A stretch of DNA of 64,000 nucleotides from Tubiluchus corallicola. Lineage: Eukaryota > Animalia > Priapulida. This document shows, piece by piece, positions 28,801 to 44,299 of the stretch. Below the pieces are notes generated by a model that did not search any database, had not been told where the DNA came from, and saw nothing but the letters and a program-made list of their open reading frames with translations. The DNA is taken from positions 551,739-615,738 of the forward strand of contig JAQGDQ010000108.1 in the NCBI GenBank assembly GCA_030141605.1. Reading direction: 5' to 3'. Every line of letters begins with the position of its first letter. The stretch's first letter is position 1. A program made the translations under genes and the position numbers.

Positions 28801-31800
28801 TGTCGCGTGACTTTTTCAATTATGTGCATATGTCACACCGCAATATTTACTATTTATTGCAAGTAATTCAGATTAACTAACCAATGCCTGCATAACACGT
28901 CTGCAGTACTGTTACAAATTGTTTAGTTGATTGGTAGAAAACAGTATAGTAAAATTGGAATTTTCTTTTTGTAAACAAAATCAAAATCTCATTTGTATTA
29001 CCACTGTTTCTACCAGATTCCAGTATCACCAACGTCCAACAATGTTGATCCTCGGATATGTATGTCACCTGCTGATTTAATAACGACAAAATTCACGGCT
29101 CCCGCGTGAAAACGAAGATATATGACATGATATATTTGACGAAAAAAACTGATCGTCTATTCGGTACTTCAAAGTTGATGAAAACAAATTAACGTTTCTT
29201 TGGGAACTAATCTTCCCAAAATTGTAGCTTTCGTTTGTAAATTTGTATTTGCATTTACCAGTAGAAACTTATATTAGAGTACATAGCTTATATATTAGAT
29301 AAAATTTGATGTGTGAATTCACGTGTATCCTTAGAATGTGAACTATCTGACATCTGTCAACATCAGTAATTATTTGCAGGCGGTTTAAATTATTGTCGCC
29401 ACAATTCACTTTAAATTTTCATATGTTTTTAAAGAATAATTACTTCAATGGATCGACTGTTATTTTAATGTACTAACTTTAATTCTTTGTTTTGGTCTTC
29501 GTACATTTTGCTAAATGTAGGTGTGTTGCTATCGTGTCTTGTTATTGTTCTGAAAATCCACAAAATCTTATTCATTATTTAAGAAAAATCTGTATCTGTC
29601 AAACTATCTTGTCGGTAACCATCGTTATTATTTTTGTGACTTTGTCCAATTCTGCGAACAGTTCTTTTTTGTTACATACACGGTTAGTACTGAGTACTGA
29701 CTGCCACAACTAAAATATCACAAAGTTTGCATAACTTTAACTAGTCATACTTACTTTAGGGAGAAATACTATAGAAACTGACACAGATGTCGCTAGTAGT
29801 ATAAAAACTGATACTAAGGCGTAAGCAAGATTTTTCTGGTCCTCCAAAAAACCAACCACAGGAGCTCCTATACCACACAGCAAAGCCACGTTGTAAATGG
29901 CAATACCAATATACTTGCTATCGTTCAGCTCAGGTATTTTTACATTCCTATATGTAAAAAATACAGAAAATAAGTCCTAGAATAAACCGATCAGTATGTG
30001 GTTAACTTGATTGGACATTTTTATTAACGGCAAACCGCATAATTTTATGGCCTTCCATAAAAGCTAAAATACCTTTTCTTAATGTTCACACAGACATTGA
30101 TACTTTGTGATTCATAGTATGCGTTAATTAACCGTATTTAGAAATTTATATATACGTTTTATTATAGTATTTTTTTACTATTGCTAGGTACATGCAACTT
30201 TTCGCCATGGTGTCTACATGTTTTACTTAATTCTAAATTCTGTACTCTCAAGAATTAACCTGAAAAGTTTACTACGAACGAAATGTCGTTTTTGGTGATG
30301 AAAAATTAAATATTATGTATAGTTGAGAAAGTGTCCGAAAAATGCAAAAATTGCACTGTGAACAAGGAATTTAATAAAGGATAGTACCACAACTCACTTT
30401 CTTTTTCAACCAATGCAACGACCTGTTACCATTTTACACCTCACGACAGTTAAAAACAATTAAATATGAAACCATACAGGTCAGCCTAGTTAGTCTGGAA
30501 ACTCTGGTCAGTGTGGTCACCGGTCAGTGTATTGGCAAATAATTACTGTTTCCATAAATCAAATTATCGTGATTCGGTAATTATCGACGTCACTTAGCTT
30601 CGTTGAAGCACAAGAAAACACTCTTCATAAATAAAGCTTTTAAAAATCGTCATGAATTTTTATATAACTTGCATGCTGTCTTATGGCACACAGAGCTTGC
30701 ATTGGCGGCAACGTTGTATAAAACTTCTAAATTTAAACTCTAGCGATGACTATTAGGCGCAGCCATTTCAACGCTAAGCCGTTTTAAACAAGTTCAGATA
30801 ACATTTTCCAAAGTTTCAAAAAATAATTAAAACATTCGTGACGCATTCTTTGCTAACTAAGCAAAAGTTTGGATTACTTTATATTGTCAGTAAGTGGCGC
30901 ACATTGGGAAAACGATGCAATGCCGTTTCACCAAGTGGCGCGAACATTTTAAATTATTAAGAATTTTTTCCAGTTACACAAATTTCAAACAGGTAAGTGT
31001 AATGCTAAGTGATATAATTATGTTTGGAAAGTTCTTTGGGGATGTACACTGTACTTTAAAATCCCCTTTTCTCCTCATTAACTATAAATCAGTTAAAATA
31101 TACCCAATACATCATAAAAACTGTAGTTCGTGCATATTCCCGGTGTGTTAATACATAGGATAGCAATAAATGACAACTCGAAGCCAATATATATATGCCA
31201 ACTAATATTATTCTATTGTTATTGACGTGGGTACATCTCTTATATTAATATTCTTGGTATCTTAATATATTTATTTATATATAAGATTCGAGGCTACAGC
31301 CCAGACGACGGCACCATTTGCGGCGATCTATATATCAAACGAAAGGTCTCGATCTAGTGTCGTCTCATTGGGGGTTTATTTTTCGAATCGGGCCCACCGC
31401 GAGGAACGGGAGGCGAAAAACCTCCAAAAATGGCCATTTTTCGGCCGTTTTTTGCAAAAGTTATACGGCTGAGATGTAGAGAACGGGAATGGGCCGAGGG
31501 GGGTACTGGGTATGGATAGATAGCCCGTTCAGCGATGGGTGTCATAGGCCTATTTAGAATTCGCGAGAGGGCTAGGGCGCCCCGCAACGGGCGTTTTCCC
31601 GGACCCAACTCGCGATTTTTTCGAAATTTCGGCCAAACAGCCTGCGGGAAAAACGTTCTAGCGGCGCCCGGTGCGACTCTGGGAAGGAGATATATAGCTC
31701 ATCAGAAAGAGGAAGAACGGGGCTACACGATGATGTGGGCTATATTTTAGGGCAGGTCCATCGAGAGGAGTATCAACGAGTTAATTGGGAGTTCTATTTT

Positions 31801-31908
31801 CGGCAATTTTCGCTTAGAAAACTGCTGACGCAAACTATTGTTGTGACGTAATCCATTATACTCTGCTTATAGCTTTATTTCAGCAAACAGCTGCTACAGG
31901 CTTTGCGT

Positions 31909-31989
<81 letters not shown>

Positions 31990-32142
31990 GAGGGGGGAGA
32001 GGGAGGGAGAGAGAAAGCGAGCAAGAGCAAGAAAGCGAGAAAGAGAGAGGGAGAGACAGAGAGAGCAAGAGAGAGAGTGAGAGAGAGAGCGAAAAAGAGG
32101 GAGAGAGAGAGAGAGAAAGAGAGCGAGGGAGAGAAAAAGAGG

Positions 32143-32182
<40 letters not shown>

Positions 32183-32189
32183 AATAGTA

Positions 32190-32238
<49 letters not shown>

Positions 32239-35200
32239 GAGAGAGAGAGAGGGGAGAGAGGGAGGGAGAGAGAAAGCGAGCAAGAGCAAGAAAGCGAGAG
32301 AGAGAAAAAGAGAGACCAAGTGAGAAAGAGAGCAAGAGAAAGAGAGCGAAAAAGAGGGAGAGAGAGCGATTACCATTAATTCACTTGCCTGGTTTCCACA
32401 GCCAAGAACGCTCCAATTAGGAGAAGCAGGCCCTTGTAAGCGTAGATGACTCCTAAAAATTTGTACTGATTTGCACTTTGACATCCTTCAATTCGAGGAT
32501 TGACGATCAAGTCCTCTTCTGGGTGATACTAAACGTGTACACAAAAGCAAAGATTACGTCCAATTTCCAATAAAACTTGCCACTGTCACATCACACGTTA
32601 TCTGATGCCAATATCAGTTGCAACTGTTTTGATAAGATCAAAACAGGATCGTGAGAAACAACGCTAAAGGGCGCAGAACTTTCTGCAATAATCAAAGCTC
32701 ACTCTAAATTACGGATTTCAGGAATCAGTGATCATCAGTACAGTATGTGTGTAGAGGTCAATCGTTTAAAACATTTCATATAAAATAGACGTGTTCATGT
32801 AAAGAAAAGTTTAAAGCAGTTATCTCAGCCAGCAGATATGTTAAAATACCTTAAATTTTCTTAAGTAAAAACACTGGGAAATGCATTTAAGTATACAGGT
32901 GTACGTGAATATCATTAAGTATGGAAATGCGATATAACTACATATAAATGTCAAACCTCATTAGCTAACTCCATCACTCTGGGCACAAGAGGATCAATAA
33001 CTTGCCAGGCAATCAAAATGATGACGTCAACAAACATGAATCCTGCCATGATTCCATATAGATGACCATCTTTAATAATCTAAAACACATTTATGTAATA
33101 CGTACGTTTTAAGAGCAGTAAATATTCTTATTGTCTATATTAAATATATAGTATGCAACCTTGTCTGTAAACTGGGGCCCACGTTGCTATTAGTACGGCA
33201 CTTCAGCAGTTTGACAATCATTAGTAAAAGAAACAACAAGTAGGCTATAATTGCTTGGTCACTATGTTACGAGCGTGTATATAAAAGACCAGAACTAATG
33301 AATATTTATTAACAGTCACTGACACTACGTATATGAAAATTCAATGGCTACAACTATTTTATTACTTTGTGTGCTGAAAAACAGTATGGTGGCGAAACAG
33401 CTCTAGCTATATACAGAGTTTATATTATTTTCAAGCAAATTTATAAAGAAGTAATATTAAAACAATTACGATTCTTTTTGTTTTGTCCTTGCTAGTAAAG
33501 ATGGCGTATACTCTCCAGGTTTTGCTGAACAGGCCTCCGAAGGAAAGTGTGAAACCAATAGAAAGTAACCACGCTCGACACTAAAATAATTCAATGTGTA
33601 GGCTATAAATAATCATTTATGCTTCTATACAGTGAACAGCTTACGCAGCAATCAAATAGGTTACGTGTAACACTAAAGAAACTCAAACTACTGTTTACAC
33701 TTTACCTAAGCATGCGATTAAACAGTACTGTATCTTAGCCGATGAAGCCAATTATTGCGATAGCAATCTAAAGTCCTGAAGATCATACGCAACCTTAATT
33801 GGGCCTCAACGTCGTAGGTAAAATTTTCGGTTAGATTTTTATTCTTATTTGCTTGGAATGTTTCATATGTTGTTTTCCGTATTAGGTTTTAGTTCAAGCT
33901 TTGTTTTATTTCATAAGACTAACGAACAAATTACATGGAAAATTCGAACAAAATACGTAAAATATTTAACTGGGCCCAGTTGTTTTGCAGAATGTTTTTA
34001 AGCATGATATGTCACTAAAATAGTGAAATAATTATAATGATTATAATGGATAATAGTGATGAACATTATCGTAATAGAACATGCACACAGCTAGGTAACA
34101 CTGTGAATGTACACACTTACATACAATAATCCATGTATTCACATACATCGATCCTTAGCCATTTATTTGAGCCTTTCTAGTGCTTTATTTACGCATAAGT
34201 GTGTTTCACACTAAATTCAGGGCGTTTCAGCTCAACTTGAATCTTTGTGGCATCGTAGTATTTAGAAGACCTATACAATGCACTAAATCGTATTAAGTGA
34301 TTGTAAGAATTTACCGCACAAACTGTTCCTAGTCTACTAGTAGAAGATACGATATTGCGATCTATTCCAAAAAATATAATCGAAACGTAGCACAAGATGC
34401 AACCAATTGCGATAATGTTGTTCACTCTAGGGCTGGACAGCTTTATCACTCTGAAATAAATTAAGCCTACAAATTTACACAATGTCAAAAATAATGTTGT
34501 TCTTTGTTATCTCTTTGGCTACCTATACAGTTCATAACTTCTGTACAGTGTTATATATTGTAATTACCATTACCGGAATTTATTAATTCAATAGTTTTTC
34601 ATTTTTTCATTCAATCATTCATACATGTATTCGCTCATTCACAAACTTACATGTTTATTCATTCATCATTCATTTATACAGTCATTTATTCGACTATTCA
34701 CCCATTTACTAAATCATTCATTCCTTTATTCACTGATTCACCAATTTGGTTATTTGATTTATTCATTTACTTTTAAACACAAATATATGAAAAGACCTTA
34801 CAAGCTGCACAAAAACACCTCTAGTTAAAAAACAAAGGCTTTCTACGAAAATCATCATAAACAAAGCGAAAAAGTAATTAGATATCATGCAAGCATGATT
34901 TCTAATCTGTATAAATTACAGAAGTGTAAGTTATTTTAATTTAACCAGCGATTAGTTTACGTAGTTTCAGTATGAAAGATGTAGCGAAAATTCTCATAGT
35001 AGCGTCATAATTTGCTGATATTCTGCGAATTTGCCGATTAGATATTATTTTGCTCCTATAGTGTTTAAAAATCATTTAGTAGCTATATCCTGCGTCGCTT
35101 TTAACTTCTTAACATTATAGTAATAATTATGTTAAAACTTAGCTGAAGGAGCTGAACACAAAACCTGGCAAAGTTTCATGACGTTTGTTTGGAAAACGAG

Positions 35201-38200
35201 ATTATTAACCAACAAGCATGTAAGACATATATGAGTATTGAATAATCCTACCTTTCTGATCTGTTTTTGATATTGAATGCTATCATAACAACAGTATAGC
35301 AGACGCCACAAGTTGCCAGGGAAACCAAAGCTACAAATAACTCATAACTGACCGACCGAAGTTCGGTCGTTTCTTTCACAGCATCGCGTGGTGGTTCACT
35401 TGGGTCCCAACCTGTGAATTTAACATTGTTAAATTTTGACCAAGTAATATGTGGAATTTGAGTCTATCATATGCGAGTAAACTAGCAAAAGCAAACGCAT
35501 CATCACGTACTAATGCAAGTAAAACGATACCTTAAAAAATACTGTAAGGAAACGCGAATTGTGTTGCTATTTCCGATATTAAACATAAAAACAATTTAAA
35601 TGTAATTTTGTAAGCAGGCATAGTGTTCACAGCAGACATAGACAAAAAATAGAGTTCTGTTATCTAACTTCGTAGTTAAAAAGGAAGCAATTTTTGATAA
35701 AAACTTTCATAAAAAAATTTTCCTGTGGTCTAAGAGAAAATATCGATTCATAAGAGAAAATCTCGTTTCTGCAACTAGGAAACGAAACTAGTTATTTATT
35801 TTATTAGTCTTTTCTTTTCGTCAAAAGTTACAACTATTGTTACCTCTAAATGTAATTCGACGAGGTGTCAGCCATATGAGTTCATTATTCAAAGTGTCGT
35901 AAGCACCAACAGTTTGGAGACTTCCATCTAAAAATATATTAAATTGCAAAGCGTTATTATTTGCACCTTGAAAAGATAAAAGAAAATGCACTAATAACAT
36001 TTAACTTCGTAAATCTAAAATATTCTCTAATTGCACATAATGTACCTTATAGGTATTGTAGTTTTGTGGCAAAAATATTGGCAACTCAGCAACGGAATTA
36101 ACCCATAATTATTAAATTTTTGAAATCAAATGTGGCCAAAAAAGTAATATGAATAAATCGGAAATAAACACCAATGTCATCTATAAGCTTTGAGGTAGAT
36201 CATACTCTTTTCCATTTAATCTCTAATTCATTACATTTAAGTTTCCATTTCAATTTAGTTTTCCAGTTCAATGCATAACAGCTCATCTATTTTAGTGAAA
36301 AGGGGTTTTTAGTAATAAATTTGTCTCTTATGGCAAATATGAATGTCGTAAGGCTGGTGAAGACTTTCACAGGCTGAGACTCCTGTTCGCTTGGGTTAAA
36401 TGATAAAAAATTGTCATAAATAAGGTAAAATCCTTATGTGGATCATTGTTCAAAAATGGCATAATTAGCCAACAATATTCAGTGAAGCCACAAATAATGT
36501 TTTTACAATTGTGTTGCTATGACACATATTTAGATCCCGGATTTTTTAGACTTGTCAAAACTTACTCAGCTGCTGTTCAATCTCCAGTTTAATCCCGTAT
36601 CTATCGCCATTAGCATTAAATGCTATTGGTCCCTGGAGGAAAAACAGAACAGAATTAGGCAGTGAAGGAAATGAAGCAACGTAAGCAACTCATTACACGC
36701 AAAACGAAGTACGTGTATTATGCGATGGACACACTTTTAAGAAAGCATCAAGGATTTGAAACGCAGTTTACTCAGATTTGGTTAGCCTCGAAGTCGAAGC
36801 ATTACGCAATGTTAAAACGTGCTAATCAAGTTTGTCCCACATCATAACCATGTCCAAATTACAAAAGCTATGCAACTTTTGCAACTTCTCAGCTTCATTA
36901 TTTCTCAATCATATAACTTAAATAACGCGCTGACAGCTGCGAGTCAGCTGCACCATTCTATTATTCTTACAAATATATTGCACAATGTTAAGGTACATAG
37001 TCTATTTATTAGGTTTATTATTATTGGTCGCAGGTGTTTGCATGTCTACAGTGTCAAAACACAGCAATGAATCAGACTGTAACTTCAACGGGATGTCTTT
37101 ATTCATTTAACGCTTTCATGTGCCGCTGCAGATTCTGATCAATTAAACTGCAATCAATAAGTTTTATTAAGCTAAGCATTTAATTAAAAACCGGTAATTA
37201 GTATGTTGCCAACCGAATTCGAGTAAAACAATTGCAGTCACCTTTGGGGCCATTTGTATCTAATTTTCATGTGATTTTAACAGAGGTTCGCGACCCCTCA
37301 CCTCACCCAAAACTCGTAAAGTTTCAAAATTGATTAAAATGTCATGAAAATTCAACTGAGATTAATGTCGTAAATGCATCAAAGTCTTAGTTTTCCACAG
37401 GACTTTGGTACTGCTTGAGAAATGTCCACAAGAATAAAAAAAAGAACAATGCCAATAGCAAAATGTGGTCGTGCACCATGTCACGGTTGTCAAAATTACA
37501 CATTTGCAAGAGACCTGAAAAGACACTTAAGTTACATCCAATTCGAGGCATGGTACAGAACCTAATTGATTTTATATAAAATATCGATTACAGACAATTA
37601 TTCATATGTACCTGTATGTGCAAATCATAATAATGGCATAATCAATAATATCCATAATAGCAGTACACGCACTTTTAAATGTAATTTTAGTAGTTATTGT
37701 ATAAGGGTGAAAATATCGAACCGTGGCACCAAATATGTCCACTGCTAGCATGAACTTAAGGATCAACTGATAAATGTAATCATCTTCGTATGAAAAATCC
37801 TGAATCAACTTTGTACTGTTGTCCGATTCTAGGTAGGTGATGGTATCATTGAGGGCCACTGCCATGGACCAAACTGTATCATAAGCAAATGGACCCGTGA
37901 TTAAAATATCTTCTGTCTCTGTTGTCGAACGGTTCTTGAAAAGATCATAAATTTGATGGGACGTCTGAAAACAAGAAAAGATAACTTTGTGCACACAAAT
38001 TATAAACCATGGAAACAATGCTTAAACACTTTATAATTATAAAATTCTTAGGGTAGAATAGAATGGAACTGAGAGAAAAGAGACAGAACAGAATACCATA
38101 AAATAGAAACAATTATAGTAATATATGTGTAGAAATATATAAAAAACATAATTGCTTCCATATTTAGTTATACGGCAAATAAAAAAAATTCGCTAATATT

Positions 38201-41200
38201 TTAGGAATACTTTAACCATGCAACGTACTGTTGCAAGCCATACAACCAGGCTCCAGCAGAACATTATAATGATCAACAGAATGAAAATAGTATGCTTCTG
38301 CATATCATACTCTTGCTTTACTCCATGCATGAGCCTTGCCAAGAGAACAACAGATGATTGACAAATACCTGTCCAGAGATAGTAGGGTCTTGATCATCAC
38401 TGAAATTGTCCCAGGTAAACCAGATGACACTCTCAAAGGCAACTTTGAGCTGACGGTTATTACACTTGCTAAATGTCTGATCATGCTGCCAAGTATCAAA
38501 TGGTCCTGATACTAACCATAGGTGCTTTTCATCATAGAGGCTTTGATGAAAGATCTGGAAAGGAAGCCAAACTTTCTATAACAAACAGATGTGCTTTAAT
38601 TAGTTTAAAAACTATTGTAATATGGGCCACATATGGTTACTAAAAATTACTATGCTGTTCCGCATGTATATGAGCATTACTGTAACAGTTACAATATGGA
38701 TGCATGCTAAATGTCCTGTATATAAAAAACTACTATACTCATGGTCTACGGTAAACCTTGACCTGTTAACCTGAACGTAAAATACACCTACTCCACAAAG
38801 AAACATCTTCCATTGTGCATCTCCAAAAAGTCCAACAGCAATTCTAGTTTCAAGTTCCTGTAGATAAAATTGTTGCATATTAAATTGTAAGCTTCTAAAC
38901 GTAATTCCACAATTAAAAACATGTCAAACCAATTCTGTCACTGTCGGGAGAAGTTTCAAGGCAAAAAGGTAATTATGCAAAATTCATTGAAGGATGTTAG
39001 TCGCACATAGCGTGTGTCAAAAATATAATTTTTAATTAATTTTTTCTTCTTAGTCTCATAACTTTTGCATAGTATCTGTCTATAATCTACATACTGCATA
39101 TACCATACATCTTCGCATGTAAGCATATTTTCCTAAACGTTTTGTTGAGACTCCAGGTTAGTGTTTTTTATAAACTATCAGGATTAAACTGTTTTAAGAA
39201 AACCAAATAATTTTCATTAACATCTTATACATAACACCTGGTTACCCGTCAACTTGCACAATTTCAATTCAAATTCGATTTCCAAATTCGAGTTCGAGTG
39301 CAAGGCCAACCCCACAGCCACTAGTCCACTGATTATAACAAAGTTCCAAAGTTCATGCCGGAGATTCCTGGTTCAAATCCAGGCCGTGTTCCAACTTTTC
39401 ACATTGCCTGACTTTCGAGTTTGGTATCAAAATTTAATTAACTGTGGATTTCTAACATCATCGCTAACAATACTTTAATCATGACGTACATTCGATGCTG
39501 CTGAACGAGCATCATGTGGCAGAATAATTAAATTACATGTAGATGGTTTGAGTGCTGAGTTGCTAACTAGACACTCTTTATTTGAACTTACTTTAATATT
39601 CCCCAGCGCATGCTCGGTTGTGTACTTAAACGGCTCTAATGTGATTATCTCTATTCCTAGAGGAGGAAACGATTCCGTCATGTTGTCTGCTGTCTAAAAC
39701 AAAAAAAAGCAAGACTTTAAAAAAACGTAAATTATTTGATGACCTGATAACTTGAATTTATTACCGTAAAGACATCCATACACATACTGTATTTACATTA
39801 GTAAAATATGAATAAAAATGAAAACCGTAAGCAATAAAAATTTTACAAAAATGGTGTGAATCTGATCAATAAACATGTGCCATCATTCAAGTAAAATACT
39901 TAAAGTTACAGTTAGCCATGAAGTCACCAGACTTATAAAACTGAGTTTACTTAAATAAATAAAACGTTCCTATAATGATAACAAAAAATATTGTACATTA
40001 AACCTCATTAAGCATTATAAAAATATGATAGTAATAACTAAGTAATTCAATTCAATTCAAATTTTTATTCCGGTAACTAAGACCATATAAAATACAAATA
40101 CAGTACTACAGTGAAATAAAAAATACAAGATTAAATCTAAATACAGGGTTGGTAAATTAAAAGCTAAATAAATTTTAGAAACAAATGATGTAATATTTCA
40201 TTCCACTTTACAAAAAAACTGTAATTTATTGATAATCGGTTGTTTTCGAGCGAATGTGGATACAGGGTTACGAAAGAAACCGGAAAAGCGTAAAAACTAA
40301 TTTAATCAATAGTAGCACTGAAAAAATTGTTGCTTTGTTTCAGAATGCAGAAGAAAAACCTGTTCTTCCTCAGCTATTTCAGAAGCAATATTGTAAAAAA
40401 GTACATCCTACAAACTTACTAATTTAAACACTTCTTCTTTGTACTGCAAAATAGACACACGAGTCCATTGATACAAGAAACACAAATCTCGAATGGCTGG
40501 TAACACTGCTGTTGTTGATGGCTGGATTCTAAACAGGCTTGGATATGACTTCCTGTCAGAAAAAGCTGGGTTTCCCGAAAGAGACGACACCTGATGGAAT
40601 GCAGAATACACGAATATTGTTAACATAGCGGCAATTTTTGCACAGAAGTAAAAATAATAGTTGTTTTTAATATACTGCCGACAAATTGAGGATAAGGATA
40701 AATTCCACTCTATATTATCTCAGACAGGTCAGACGGGTGACCTGTTACGATTAGGTCTGCGGATAACTAATTCATGACTTGGAAAAATTTAAAATATGGA
40801 CATAAAACGTATTTAAAGCATTATATCATGGCGATTATGGCGGTCTTCTTTTTGGCTAATTTCAAAAGCAATAAACTTGATTTCAGACATCAATGACTAT
40901 TATCACCGCTCATCAGGCTTTTCCCGGAAGACAGGAACTCTACAATGGTGAATGAAAAATGGCTTAGCTTTTGCCCGTGAAATAGCGTTGTTCATGAAAC
41001 CACTAGTCACTGATGAGTTAAATGCAATAACACGACATAAGTCGAGAACACAGTACTGTTAACCAATATGGCGAAACATTTTAATCAAAACGCAGACAAA
41101 AGCAAACATTTCTGCAAGGTCGTAATGGCTTTGCGGCCTTTGCCTTTTGTTTGGCTAGCTTTGATATTTTATAACACAGGCCTGAGATGCAATCAAATGG

Positions 41201-44200
41201 TACCTCAGTTAGGTTAAGCAGAAAGACAGACAGACAAGTGAACAATAACTGTAATAGAGAACTTTACTCGAATACCTGTACTGACAGGCATTTAACTAAG
41301 GAAAATATCGCAGTTTAATGAAAGCATTAGTTGAATAGCCACATATAATCACAAAAAATAAACAAAAGTCGCGGTTAGTGCAAAAACGCCTAATTCTAAC
41401 AAACAATCCTCAGTTAATTTTAAGGGCAGTTTACCCTTCTCAGCTCTAAAAATGGGAAGTAGCTTCTCTTCTCTGGACAGCATGAGACCCTAAGCTGAGG
41501 ATCTAATAGGCTCTGAGAAACAGAGCCGCTGTGTTACATGTATACGCAAACTTTCGTTCAGTTAGCATTTTAAAAAAGTCTCATAAGGTTACAGCATGGT
41601 CAAACAGTCGCATTATACGTCATCGTCATTAGTTGGATGACGTATATACTGAGTTGTAAACAAGTTACAACTCCAGCATCCAAGCTTGGAGAAATGTGAA
41701 ACAGATTGAGATAGATTGGCTAATAATTACGACGTCGTGTGAAAAGTGCTTTACACGATTCCAGGGAAGTTCGCTGTGGAAAGAAATGCGCACAAACGCT
41801 AACAGATTTTCGGACTAATGTTTGAATCACTCATCAAAAACAGGCGACTGATGGTCTTACTGAATTACTAAACAAGCCTCAACAATGTCCAAAAGCGCCA
41901 GATAAACATAACTGCTCCTGTTAATTACAACCATTAGTTTAAGCTTATTGTAACTGTTGTGGAGGATAGAACTTCATTATCAAACCAGAAATATATGCCT
42001 CAATTCTGCAGACTGGTCTTAATATAACAGTAATAATAACCCCCAAGATGATGCTGAGCTGCGTCAGACTAGAATTCAAGGCCATTTTCAATCAAAGGAA
42101 ATTTCTGTTAGCAAATTAGGTTAGACAACAAGAGCGCGTTATATACTCCAGACAATTCGATTCTGATAGCTTTCTGTTTCGCCATTTAATGGTTACATGT
42201 AAGAAGGCGAAATATCGCGCGTAATATAACTCATTACAACATTGTAGTGAGTCTTGTTTCACACGTGCATAAAAATCTTGCCAACGAATTATGATTGAAA
42301 ACAAACAGTGCATTACGCTTGACATAACGACAATTTCAGTCACTATAAATCAACCTTAATTACCAACGTAAACTTTAATGTCATGAAACGCGTAAGGAGA
42401 AAATTATTGATTATTGTAACTGCAAACAATAATCTAGTATCAAGCGAATATCTTACACGATTGTAAAAAAATTACATTGCAGAACGTCACTATGACCATT
42501 ACGCAAATTATAAGGCGCCTTTTCTCTAACTTAAAAGGAAACCTTAGGCTTAGCGTAATCAAGCACAGCAGAAGGGACAAGTGGGTCACTTAGCCCTAGC
42601 CTACGATTTGAAACGCACAAACATCCCTACTTGTGACAAATAGGTTGATAGAAATGTAGTTGTGATTTAGGACCTCTACTGTCTTATACATTTTGCAACA
42701 AATTGTTTTAAATAAATCGTTTTACTCTGTTCTATTATATACTATTATTTATAAATACATTCATTTACCCTATATTTACATGAATACATACGCCGCCCGT
42801 ACATAAACCATATGTATTTCACACTGCTTGCAAAACATAGTTAATGAGGAATATAAAATGGGCCTACTTTCATTTCCCAGGCGCCCGTGCCCAAGGCTTA
42901 ATGCCAGCTTTAGGAATATTTATTACCGTTTTAAATATCGAAATTACCGAGTTACATGCAACTTTTTCAGAACTATTAAAGATATTATTAACTGACAATT
43001 AAAATATTTCACACTCATTGTGATACAGCGACGAAATTAATTCAACAAACGCCCAATCAACAATTAACATTTGTGCAAAAAGTTCATTATAACAAGGAAG
43101 CTGCTAATTATGACATGATTACCTGTAACAAGTTGAACTCTGCAGCAGCAGGGGCGGTGGCTTTGTTCACATCGGAGCAGCCACTCTCCCACACCGCAAC
43201 TTTGGTGGGTGGATCTTGCAACAATTTAAAGAGAATTTTTGACCCTTTGCCCTGATCACACTGTAACAAACATACAGAAATTGTAATCTCGGCCCGCTGG
43301 GTATCAGATTATTTGCTTGGCCCTAATGCTTTGCTTGTTCACATGGTACGCCTATTCAGCGTGCTTCAAAGTAGCTTTTTCATCACCCAAAAAAATTCAA
43401 AAATGACAAACTTGTTACTGAGTCCGAGAGAATATTCTGAACGCTGGAGCAGTTTTAATAAACAAAGGTGTGGTAAAGTCAGATTTTAATGACAACGACC
43501 AGGTCAACCTAAAACGCTGAACAAAAAAGGTGAGTGGCTTCAACAACGGTCGACCGGGCATCTGGCGGGGCGTAGCACGTCGCCCGGAGGCAAAAGACCT
43601 TCTGGCGCCCTACCTTTTGAATGTTTTGATCATTTGTTTCTTGGGTGAGGCAACAAATTGTGGGCGTTTTTGCGTCTCTGAGCTCACTTTCTTTTTTTTT
43701 GATATGATGGGACAAAGGAATCGCCCTGATTGGCGGTATTTCACCAGATTAACTCTCTTCTGTGCATGAGTTGCGCATAACATGACAGCCCTTAAACATT
43801 CAGCTCCAACATTAAAACATGGAAAGACTATGAAAGATACAGAACACTACAAATTTTCATAATAATGTACAATCGGCATTACAGAAACCCCACTCTGTCG
43901 CGGGTTCAATTAGTAAGCAATTGATATAACTACAATTATAGTGGCCTTTATCACAACATAAATACGCTAAATGTTCTTAATGAGTCAATTAGAGTCAGCC
44001 CTAACATGCTTGTAGTTTAATATTATGAGGCTTTATAATAATAGGTAAAAAAGCATAGTACAGCTTTAATTGTCATTTACAGTTGTGTTCGTTATATGTA
44101 ATAACCATGTTGGCATAATAAATTACATTTCGATATAAGCTGCAGAGCTTTAGGAGCAGACTCACACACACACACACACACGCACGCACACACACACACA

Positions 44201-44202
44201 CA

Positions 44203-44299
<97 letters not shown>

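Noticed and set aside
39355-39390. tRNA gene (GGTTCAAATCC B box)
   Set aside because: No A box or cloverleaf could be folded; at most a decayed tRNA-SINE head.
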